In this document: in pieces, positions 40,301 through 52,300 of the stretch
How the letters are laid out: every line of letters starts with the position of its first letter
Numbering within the stretch: the stretch's first letter is position 1
DNA from: Hypanus sabinus
Lineage: Eukaryota
Length of the DNA stretch: 64,000 bases
NCBI RefSeq assembly: GCF_030144855.1
Contig: NC_082706.1
Coordinates: 113,832,001-113,896,000, forward strand
Direction: 5' to 3'
Notes under the pieces: model-generated
Databases searched by the model: none
Told to the model about the DNA's origin: nothing
Seen by the model: the letters and a program-made list of their open reading frames with translations, nothing else
Translations under genes and position numbers: made by a program

Positions 40301-43300
40301 TACTGTGACAGCTAAGAGAGATGACCTGATTTCCAAAAGGCATGAAGATAAAGATGACACATTTCTGTAATATTTTAAGGAAGATTATTTTTTTATTTCC
40401 ATTTTTTTACAGTTTCAAAATAACAAAAAAGGAAAAGGGCCCGAAGCAAAAGTTTGGGCACCCTGCATGGTCAGTACTTAGTAACACCCTCTTTGGCAAG
40501 AATCACAGCTTGTAAACGCTTTCTGTAGCCCACTAAAAACCTTTCAATTTTTGTTTGGGGGGGGGGGATTTTCACCCATTTTTCCTTGCAAAAGGTTTCT
40601 AGTTCGTTGAGATTCTTGGGATGTCTTGCGTGCACTGCTCTTTTGAGGTCTATCCACAGATTTTCAATGATGTTTAGGTCGGGGTTTGTGAGGGCCATGG
40701 CAAAACCTTCAGCTTTTGAGGTAGTCCATTGTGGATTTTGAGGTGTGTTCAGAATTATTATCCTGCTGTAGAAGCCATCCTCTTTTCATCTTCAGCTTTT
40801 TTTGTTAAAACAGACGGTATGACGTTTGCTTCCAGAATTTGCTGGTATTTAATTGAATTCATTCTTCCCTCTACCAGTGAAATGTTCCCTGTGCCACTGG
40901 CTGCAACACAAGCCCAAAGCATGATCGATCCACTCCCGTGCTTAACAGTTGGAGAGGTGTTCTTTTCATGAAATTCTGCACCTTTTTTCTCCAAACATAC
41001 TTTTGCTCATTGCGGCCAAAAAGTTCTATTTTAATTTCATCAGTCCACAGGACTTGTTTCCAAAATGCATCATAGAACCATAGACCATTACAGCACAGAA
41101 ACAGGCTTTTTGGCCCTTCTTGGCTGTGCCAAACCATTTTTCTGCCTAGTCCCACTGACCTGCACCTGGGGCATATCTCTCCAAACCCCTCTCTTCCATA
41201 CACCTGTCCAAGTTTTTCTTAAATATCAGAAGTGAGCCCTTATTCACCACTTCATCAGGCAGCTCATTCCACACTCCCACCAGTCTCTGCGTGAAGAAGC
41301 CCCCCCCAAATGTTCCCTTTAAACTTTCCCCCCTTCATCCTTAACCCATGACCTCAGGTATTTTTCTCCCCTGGCCTCAGTGGAAAAAGCCTGCTTGCAT
41401 TCACTCTATCTATACCCATCATAATTTTTTATACCTCTATCAAATCTCCCCTCATTCTCCTACGCTCCAGGGAATAAAGTCCTAACCTATTCAACCTTTC
41501 TCTGTATCTCAGTTTCTCAAGTCCCAGCAACATCCTTGTAAACCTTCTCTCCACTCTTTCAACCTTATTAATATCCTTCCTGTAATTCAGTGACCAAAAC
41601 TGCACACAATACTCCAAATTCGGTCTCACCAATGCCTCATACAACCTCACCATTACATTCCAACACTTATACTCCATACTTTGATTTATAAAGGCCAATG
41701 TACTAAAAGCTTTCTTTTCAACCCTCTCTACTTGTGAAGCCTCTTTTAGGGAATTATGTATCTGTACTCCAGATCCCTCTGTGCTACTGCACTCCTCAGT
41801 GTCCTAGCATTTACCTTGTATGTTCTACCTTGGTTTGACCTTCCGAAATGCAATACCTCACACGTCTGCATTAAAGTCCATCTGCCATTTTTCAGCCCAT
41901 TCCTCCAACTGGTCCAAATCCCTCTGCAAGCTTTGAAAACCTTCCTCACTGTCCACTACACCTTCAATCTTTGTATCATCAGCAAATTTGCTGATCCAAT
42001 TTGCCACGTTATCATCCAGATCATTGATATAGATGACAAATAACAATGGACCCAGCACTGATCGCTGTGGCACACCACTAGTCACAGGCCTCCACTCAGA
42101 GTAGCAATCCTCCACTACCCCTCTCTGGCTTCTTCCGTTGAGCCAATGTCTAATCCAATTTACTACCACTCCATGTATACCTAGTGACTGAATCTTCCTA
42201 ACTAACCTCCCATGCGAGACCTTGTCAAAGGCCTTACTAAAGTCCATGTATACAACATCCACTGCCTTCCCTTCATCCACTTTCCTGGTAACTTCCTCGA
42301 AAAACTCTAATAGACTGGTTAAACATGACCTACCTCGCACAAAGCCATGCTGACTGTTTCTAACAAGTCCCTGTCTATCCAAATTCTTATAGATCCTATC
42401 TCTTAGTATTCCTTCCAATAATTTACCTACTACCGATGTCAAACTTACCAGCCTATAATTTCACAGCTTACTTTTTGAGCCTTTTTTAAACAATGGAACT
42501 ACATGAGCTATCCTCCAATCCTCCGGCACCTGACCCATGGATATTTACATTTTAAATATTTCTGCCAGGGTCCCTGCAATTTCAACACTAGTCTCCTTCA
42601 AGGTCCAAGTGAATACCCTGTCAGGTCCTGGGGATTTATTTACTCTGATTTGCCTCAAGACATCAAGCACCTCCTCCTCCTTAATCAATATTAAGTTCCA
42701 TGACCTCCCTACTTGTTTGCCTTGTTTCCATGGATTCCATTCCAGTTCTGTTAGTACTTGTTTAGATGTTTATTCATGCTTGTTTAGATGTTCCTTTGCA
42801 AACTTCTGACACTGAATTTTGTGGTGAGGATGCAGGAGAAGTTCTCTTCTGATGACTCTTCCATGAAGGTCATATTTGTGCAGGTATTGCTGTACAGTGG
42901 AACAGTGCACCACCACGCCAGAGTCTGCTATATCTTCCTGAAGGTCTTTTGCAGTCAAGCAGGGGTTTTGATTTGCCTTTCTAGCAATCCCTCGAGCAGT
43001 TCTCTCGGAAAGTTTTCTTGGTCTTCCAGGCCTCAACTTGACCTCCACCATTCCTATTAACTGACATTTCTTAATTACATTACAAACTGGGGAAATGGCT
43101 ACCTGAAAACGCTTTGATATCTTCTTATAGTCTTCTCCTGCTTTGTGGGCATCATTTATTTTAATTTTCAGAATGCTAGGCAGCTGCTTAGAGGAGCCCA
43201 TGGCTGCTGATTGTTGGGACAAGGTTTGAGGAGTCAGGGTATTTATAAAGCTTTGAAATTTGCATCACCTGGCTTTTCCTTACGATGACTGTGAACAAGC

Positions 43301-46300
43301 CATAGCCCTGACAAGCTTATTGAGGTCTGAGACCTTGGTAAAAGTTATCTGAGAGCTCAAATCTCTTGGGGTGCCCAAACTTTTGCATGGTGCTCCTTTC
43401 CTTTTTTCACCCCAAAATTGTACAAAACAAAAATAATGCACTAATCTTGCTTAAAATGTTGAAAAGAATGTTTCATCTTTAACCTTATAACTTTTGGAGA
43501 TCAGTTGATCTTCTATTCACTTAACTATTCACAGTGACAGAGATTTTGACCGGGGTGCCCAGGCTTTTGCATGCCTCTGTATGGATGGATTGAGACGTAT
43601 GTGATATTTGGTAGTAAGCACAACAAATAATACTTGAGGCAGAAGTGCAAAGAGGTGCGATGGTCTTCCCAGTTAGAATTTTGTCTGTAGCAGCCCCATT
43701 AAAATATTATTAACTGATAAAATAATTGAGCCCAGCTTCTCCTCTTTTTCTGTTCTTTGTTGAAATTCACTTCATTGCTTTGGAAGAACATTATAGAGAA
43801 CCACTCTCAAATAAGGCAATTGTTATAGTTCTCCACCAAAAGGTAGCAAGAGCTCTGGCTAGCTAGCGGTTTTAATATATTCAACACAGATATCAGGCGC
43901 TTACACATTTTGGTTTGTGGCTCTCATCAGGAATTCAACAACAATGATTTGCACTTCAGTGAAAAGTGGTTTCATGGAAAACTTGGTGGAGGGCGAGATG
44001 GTCGTCAGATAGCGGAGAAGCTTCTCCATGAGTACTGCACAGAGACTGGAGGAAAAGACGGCACCTTCCTTGTCCGGGAGAGTGAAACATTTGTGGGAGA
44101 CTATACCCTGTCTTTCTGGTAGGTAGCAACTAGACACGTAGTTAAACAAATCTCAATATTAAACAGATGGGCTATTTGAAGGGATTTAGAACCACTTTTA
44201 TATCATTAAACAACAATCTAATCAACAGGCCACAGTAGAGAGTATCCTAACATGGTGTATCACTGTAGCAGAGAGCAAGGCTCGACAATGCGTAGTCAAA
44301 ACTGCCCGATGCATGATTTTCACCTACCTACCTTCCATCAAGGACATGTATATACTGAATATAAAAAGGTGCCAGAAGAGGGCACCATCATGAAGCCCAC
44401 ACCCATCCTGCTCATGGACTGTTTGTTCCATTCCCATTAGGGAGGAGGCTAGCAGCATCCACACCAGGGTATCACTCAAAATACCGTTACTTTTCCCAAG
44501 CAGTAAGGCTGATCAACATCTCTACTCATTAACCCAGCCCTCCACAACCCTCACCACCACTATTTTATCACTTCTTATCAGAGTCACCTCACATACAAAC
44601 ACTCCTATGCTTAGGGTCACTTTATGGACATAAAATCAACAATCAATCTCTGATATAATCTATATGTATATTTATTGTGCATTTTTTATTATTGTGTTCT
44701 TAATCTAATTGAGTTTTTATCTGGGCTGCATTGTTGGATCCAGAATAACAATTATTGTGTTCTCCTCTACAGTTGTGTCTACTAGAAAAGACATTAAATA
44801 GTCTTGAATCTTGAAAGGAATAATGTTTGGTTCGTGCACTTCACTGTCAAAGAGTGTCGCTACACGTCTTACTAAACATTTCATTGTCAATGTCAATACT
44901 GACTAAAGGGAAAGGTAGCAAATAGAGCCAAAATGGGGAAGAATGGAAGAAATATGTGTTTCTACAGATACTCAGATTATGGGCTGTAAGACCCCAGACG
45001 CACTGAGAAGCTGACAGCAGAAGTCACCGTGTGTTGGCTGGTTCTTGTGCTGAGTTGACTGCCAGTCCTCAATGGCTCAGTTTCAAGAAAGTATCATGAG
45101 TATCATAATAATTTACTGGACACACTTCATGTGCTTCCCTGGTGTCCCACCCACACTTACATACTTTATACTTGCCCTTACAGATCAGATATGTGGCCAT
45201 GAGCATTTAGATGGGCCCAAGGTACACCTGTCTTTTTCTGGGATTAGGAACTATTTTTGTCTCAATCCTTTTGAGGCCCATTTCTTCAATTCATTTTCCT
45301 GTAAATCAATACCTGCATGCTTCCTAAATTCATATGTTATTACCTATCCTGCAATTTCCATACTGCTCTCACTTTCATGAATGGCCCCTCTCTGCCTTCC
45401 CTTCCTTTTCTGAATATCTCCCTCTCTATCTCAGGAATGTGACTAAACAAATACAAAACCACAGCAATCTTGATTATGAGGGGTGATTGATAAGTTCATG
45501 GCCTATGGTAGAAGGTGTAAATCTTAGAAAACCTAGCACATTTATTTTTCAATATAGTCGCGTCCTACATTGACACACTTAGTCCAGTGGTCGTGGAGCA
45601 TACAGATCCCTTCTTTGTAGAAGTGGTCCATAGCAGAGGTGATTGTTAAGTTTGCGGCCTAAGGTAGAAGGAGATGAGTTATACAGCCTTCATTAAGTGC
45701 ATGTGCAATTCAACTCTTTGAGTGATTATGCAGAAAATTTGAAGTTAATAACTCCTTTCCTTCTATCAATGACTTGAGTTTCTTTGGTTTCTTGAGAAAA
45801 TACCGCTCTGGGTAAAGGACAAAAGCAGCAGTAAAACTCTTCAGATTGTCGCATTTCTGAATCTTTGTACTATGATTAGTAATACCTGCATTTTATCATT
45901 CACAACCTTCATCGTAATGAATGAAATGAGTTTGTAGAAGCTTAGAACTCCAGGTTGTAGTACTGTAGGAATTCAATACTGTATATGCAAATAAGTACAA
46001 TTGTGATTTGGAAATGAGTCACAGACATGACCTCAGGGAGAGGTTCAAAAGTTCAAAAAAAGTGGCATCTCCCCAAATTCATTCCCACAAAATTTAATAT
46101 ACCCTGATTATTTGGAAACAAGCAAAGCTTCACTGATTTGATCTCTTGCTAAGCAAGTGGCCTTTATTTTAATTTAGGGAAAGTAATTTCATTGTAAAAT
46201 GACATCACTTCAATTTGATGCAATAATTCTAGACTGGCAGGCATCACTTTCAAGTACTGTATGTTCTTTCCATTCAATTACAGTGATTAGCAGCTACTTA

Positions 46301-49300
46301 ACTGAGCAATAAGCTTTGTTATCAATGTGGTCTGGATTCAGGAGGGTGAAGGGGTGATAAGACATAGGTAGTTACACTAAAGGTGTAGGACACTGTAAAC
46401 TGGGTGACAGGAAGAGGAAAGGGGTTAAGGAGCCTGTGGCCATCCCCCTCAACAACAGATGTATAACTTTGGATACTTTTGGGGGGGGGGGGAATGACCT
46501 AACAGAGGAAAGTCACAGAAGTTAGGACTCTGGCACTGAGTCTGCCCCTGTGACTCAGACAGTAAGGGGGGAAAAGAGGCACACTGTGGTGATTGGGGAT
46601 TAGTTAGTTAGGAGAACCAACAGGAGGTTCAATGGGCGAGAACGAGATTCCATGAGATGATATGCTGCCTCCTGGGTACCAGGGTCCAGGATATCTTGGA
46701 TCAAGACTTCAGCATTCCGAAGTGAGAGGGTGAATAGCCAGAAGTCATGGTCCGTGTAGGTACCTATGACATGGGTAGAACAAGTGGCGAGCTTCTGGAT
46801 AGGGAGTTCAGGGAGTTAGGTGCTAAGTTAAAGGGTTGTGATTTCAGGATTGCTACCCATGCCACATGCTAGTGAGGCTAGAACTAGAGGGAGATTATAC
46901 AGTTTAATACATGGCTCAGGAGATGGTGTAGGAGGGAGTGCATAAGATTTTTGGATCGTTGGGTTCTCTTCGAGATAAGATGGGACCTGTGCAGAAGAGA
47001 TGGTTTGCACCTGAACTAGAGGAAGTCTAATATCCTGGCAGGAAGGTTTGTTAATGCTACACAGTGGGATTTAAACTAGAGTTGCAGGGGAATGGGAACT
47101 AGGTTGCCAGAACAGTTAGTGGAGAGGTTGTGGAGGCAGATGTTGGTAAGACTTCAGACGAAGTTAAGAGTTAAAAGTTTGCAGCTTTTGATTGCAGATT
47201 GCAGATGATTGCAGCTCAGTTGTAGGTTGGTAGGTATGATATGGTAGGCATCATTGAATCATGGCTGAAAGAAGAATATAGCTAGGAGCTTAATGTCCAA
47301 GGATACACATTGTGTCAAAAAGAATAGACAGGAAGGCAGAGGGGGTGGCATTGTGCTGATGGTAAAAAATGAAATCATATCATTAGAAAGAGCTGACTAG
47401 AATTAGAAGGTGTTGAATCCTTATGGATAGAGCTAAGGAACTGCAAGGGTAAAATGACACTGACGGGAGCTGTATATAGACCCCCAAACAGTAGTAAAGA
47501 TGTGGCCTACAAATTACAATGGGAGAAAGAAAATGCATGCTGAAAGGGCTGATTTTTTTAGAGCAGCTCGTGGTGGAGCCCACTTGAAGATCAGCACTTC
47601 TGGATTGGGTTTTGTGCAATGAAGTAGAATTGATTAGAGAGCTTAAGGTAAAAGAACCCTTAGGGGAAAGTGGAGGGTCAGGTAGCTCTGAGGAAGTAAA
47701 GCTACAGAAGGATTTAGGCAGATTAGGAGAATGGGCAAAGAAATGGCAGATGGAATACAGTGTCAGGAAGTGTATGGTCATGCACTTTGGTTGAAGAAAT
47801 GAAAGGGTTGACTATTTTCTAAATGGAGAGAAAATTGAAATAAAAACTGAAGCACAAAGGGATTGGGGAGTCCTTGTACAGGATTCCCTAATGGTTAACT
47901 TACAGGTTGAGTTTGTGGTGAGGAAGACAAATGCAATGTTAGCTTTCGTTTCAAGAGGACTAGAATATAAAAGCAAGGATGTAATGCTGAGTCTTTACAT
48001 AAAGCACTGGTGAGGTCTCACTTGAGTATGGAGAGCATTTTTGGGCCCCTTATCTTAAAAAGTATGTGCTGAAACTGGAAAGGGTTCAAAGAAGGTTTAC
48101 AAAAATGATTCCAGGACTGAATGACTTGTCTTATGAAGAGCGTAGGATAGCTCTGGACCTGTATTCACTAGAATTCAGAAGAATGAAGGGTGACCTTACA
48201 TTCATATTACTATAGCCCACCAAGAGAAATTGAAAGTCGATACCCCTGGGCATGGCACACAGAGTCTTTCAAATATTTGGGCATCATTACGCCAAAAGTT
48301 TTGGCAAAATTATCAGAATGTAATTATCAGCCTTTATATGAAAAAATTAAGGAAGATGTGGCAAGATGGAGCCTGATTCCTTTTTTCAGTCTCAGTTCAA
48401 GGATTGAGTCTATTAAAATGAATATACTGCCCAGACTGTTATATCTCTTTCAGACCCTACCAGTAGAGATTAATCAAAATCAATTCAATGAATGGAACAA
48501 GATGCTATCAAGGTATATTTGGCAGGGTAAAAGCCTAGAGTTCGACTAAAAACTTTGCAATTAGCAAAGGAAAAGGGGGGGATGGGGCCTACCTTCTCTT
48601 AGAGATTATTATTTTGCAGCACCATTGAGAGCTGTGATATGTTGGTGCAACCCATCATATGACGCTCAATGGAAAAACATTGAGGAGCGGGTACTTCCCA
48701 TCCCCATACAAGCAATTTTGGCTGATAACAACCTGCAAGGGTACATAAATACTATTGATAACCCATGGGTGCAATTGACTCTTAATATATGGAAAACTAC
48801 TATAAAAGAATATAATCTAGAAGGAGATATTGCAATTCTTAAATGGTGTGCATATGACTCTGATTTTACACCAAATAAATTGGATGCTAGATTTAAGGAT
48901 TGGACAGCTAAAGGAATAACAGTTCTTTGCAACATAATGAAAGAAGGAACACTGTTCAGTTTTGAAATGCTTAAAGAGAAACACTTATTAGAAAAACAAG
49001 ATTTTTATTGGTATTTACAGATGCGACAATATGTTAATAAGACACTTAAAAATGTAACCAAGGCAAATACAATCTTGATAGAGTTCTTTAGAATATAATT
49101 CAGATGATGGTAGTAGAATCATTTCAAGTATGTATAAGGGGTTGTCAAATCTTAAAACACATTTGACTTCATACATTAAAACAAAATGGGAGAAGGAAGG
49201 AGGGATAATTATATCTGAGGATGAATGGACAACAATATGGAGATATCAATGGAAGTGTACCAATTCACAGAAATGGAGGGAGTTTGGATGGAAAAACTTG

Positions 49301-52300
49301 ATAAGATATTTTATTACACCCTCTCAGAAATCCCATTATGATAGTAACCTCCCTGTTTGCTGGAGAAATTGTGGAAATCAAAATGCAAATCATTATCATA
49401 TTTTTTGGGACTGCCCTGTTATCAAAAACTATTGGAGGGGGATACACAATGCCCTACAAGATATCTTTAAATGTGAAATACCCTTGGAGAGTAAGACCAT
49501 ATATTTTGGATATATACCTCAAGAATGGTTGAAAAGAGATGAATATTTAATGAATATACTGTTGGTGGCTGGTAAAAAGACTCTTACCAGGAAATGGTTA
49601 TCGCAGGAGAGCCCAACTTTAAATGCATGGATGGAAATTACAATGACATTTACAAAGTGGAGAAGATAACAGCATTTGTTAATCATAAGCTGGAAAAATT
49701 TGATTCATACTGGGAAAAATGTTTTCACTACATAATGCCTCATAGGCCTGATTTTATTCTCACAAATCAATGAATCTGTTGTAAAAAAAATCACTCCTTA
49801 CTTGTACATAGTTCTTTCCTTTTGCTTGTTTTTTCTTTCCTCTCTTTTCTATAAGTGTATACCCCAGATAAATACTTTGTGGAGATTTTGTGATATATAT
49901 GTACAAAGTCTGAAATACATCTTATGGAAATGTTTGTTTGATGAACTTCAATAAAAAAATAAATTACAAAAAAGAAACCTATTTCCATGAGGAGAAGGAA
50001 GGTCATCAAAGTTTACAAAAAGCCAGTGAGCTCATCTTGAAATATTTTCTCCTCCCTTTTAGAGTTAATCCTGACCAGAATTTAAAAGGTACCAATAATG
50101 ACATGATTAAAATGAAATAAGGAGAATAAGCATACTCTCTTCGTATTTTGCTCAGTACATTTAAGAGAATGACCTTTGGTTAGGATTCTCAACAAAAAAG
50201 TTAATTGCCCTGAGTACTGCCCTGAGAATTACTACTCCTGGGTATACTATGAAACAGAATCTTTACCTGTTTTCTATAATCAACGGGTTTTTCTGTAACC
50301 TACATTTTCTGTTTATACAGGAGATCAGGACGGGTTCAGCATTGCCGTATCCACTCACGACAAGAAGCTGGCACAACAAAGTTCTACCTGACTGACAATC
50401 TGGTCTTTGACAGTCTTTATACACTGATCAGTCATTACCGGGAGGTTCCACTGCGTTGTAATGAATTTGAAATGAGATTGACTGACCCAGTACCACAGCC
50501 AAATGCTCATGAAAGTAAAGAGTGAGTATTATGCAGAATAAGGTTACACAAAGATGGAAAGGGGGAGGCGTATTAATGCATTTGCAGGAACTCTGCTGTG
50601 CACGTTGCATAGAAACCCCACAAAAATTCTTCAAATATGTTGCCTTTCCCTGTGCTTTGCTGTTATACCTTTCTTTCTGGATTAAGAAATCTAATTTAAG
50701 GTCCACAAATGAGATAGTATCAAGTCTGAGGAGTGTAAGAGAAAATGTTCAAGTTGAATTTCACTTGTCATTCAACTACACACATCTATACAGCGAAACA
50801 AAACAGCATTCCTCTGGGGCAAAGGTGCAAAATATAGTCACACACAGCACATTTAGTTACAAAAGCGCGTACAGTCGTGAAAATAATATTAGCACCAGTT
50901 CCTGAGTGGCATGGCCTGAAGATTAATGGTGCACGGGATGGTGTCTTGGAGCCATGAGAGTCGAACCAAATAGTGCTTCAGTGTTAACAAGCTCGGAGCA
51001 TAAAAAAGCAGGTGCAGGGGTTTTCACTGTAAACACAAAGTACACCTCAGATGCTGTGGTAAAATCAAGATGTACAAAAAAGCTGGATGAAATCAGCAGG
51101 TCGGGCAGCATCCATTGAAAGAAGCAGTCAACGTTTCAAGTCAAAACCCTTCGTCAGGACTAAAGAAGGAGGGGGCAGGGGCCATATAAAGAAGGTGGGG
51201 AGAGGGTGGAAAACCAATCAGAGGAAGGATCAAAGGGTGGGGGAGGGGATAGGCAGGAGAGGTGAAGAAGGAATCTAAGGGGAAAACACTATGGGTAGTA
51301 GAAGAAGGCAGGGTCATGAGAAGTGATTGGCAGCTAGAAGAGGAGAGAGAGTGAAGGTGGGATGGGGAAGGGGGAGGGAGAGAATTACCAGAGTTGCCGA
51401 AGAATTCGATGTTCATACCAAGGGGCTGGAGACGACCCAAACAGTATATGAGATGTTGTTTCTCCATCCGAACTTTGGCCTCATCATAGCAGTAGAGGAG
51501 GCCGTGTATGGACATATCCGAATGGGAATGAGAGGGAGAGTTGAAGTGAGTGGCAACCGGGAGATCCTGTCTGTTGTGGCGGACGGAGCGTAGGTGCTCG
51601 ATGGAGAGACCCAATCTGCGTTGGGTCTCTCCAATGTAGAGGAGGCCACACCAGGAGCACCAGATGCAATAGATTATCCCAACAGACTCACAAGTGAAGT
51701 GTTGCCTCACCTGGAAGGACTGTTTGGGGCCCTGAATGGTGGTAAGAGAGGAGGTGTAGGGACAGGTGTAGCACCTGCGCTTGCAGGGATAGGGGCCAGG
51801 TGGGGGATCTGTGGGGAGGGACGTGTGGACCAGGCATTCGCGGGGGGACGATCCCTGTGAGAAGCAGAGAGGGTAGAGAGGGAAAGATGTCCTTAGTGGT
51901 GGGGTGCTGTTGAAGGTGGTGGAAGTTATGGAGGATAATATGTTGGATCCGGAGGCTGGTGGGGTGATAGGTGAGGACAAGGGGAACACGGTCCCAGTTG
52001 TGGTGACGGGAGGATGGGGTGAGGGCTGAAGTGCGGGAGGTGGAGGAGATGTGGGTGAGGGCATCATTGATAACGGCAGAAGGGAAACCACAATTCTTAA
52101 AGAAGGATGACATTTGGGATGTCCTGGAACAGAAAGCCTCATCCTTGGAGCAGGTGTGGTGGAAACGGAGGAACTGGGAATAGGGAATAGCATTTTTACA
52201 TTTGGCAGGGTGGGAAGAGGTATAGTCGAGGTAGTTATGGGAGTCAGTGGGTTTATAGAAGATGTCAGTGGACAGTCTATCTCTAGAGATGGAAACCGAG

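Noticed and set aside
40257-40465. Repeated GCAAAAGTTTGGGCACCC as a CRISPR-like repeat
   Set aside because: These are the direct repeats within the Tc1 IR/DR termini. There is no spacer array and no cas gene.
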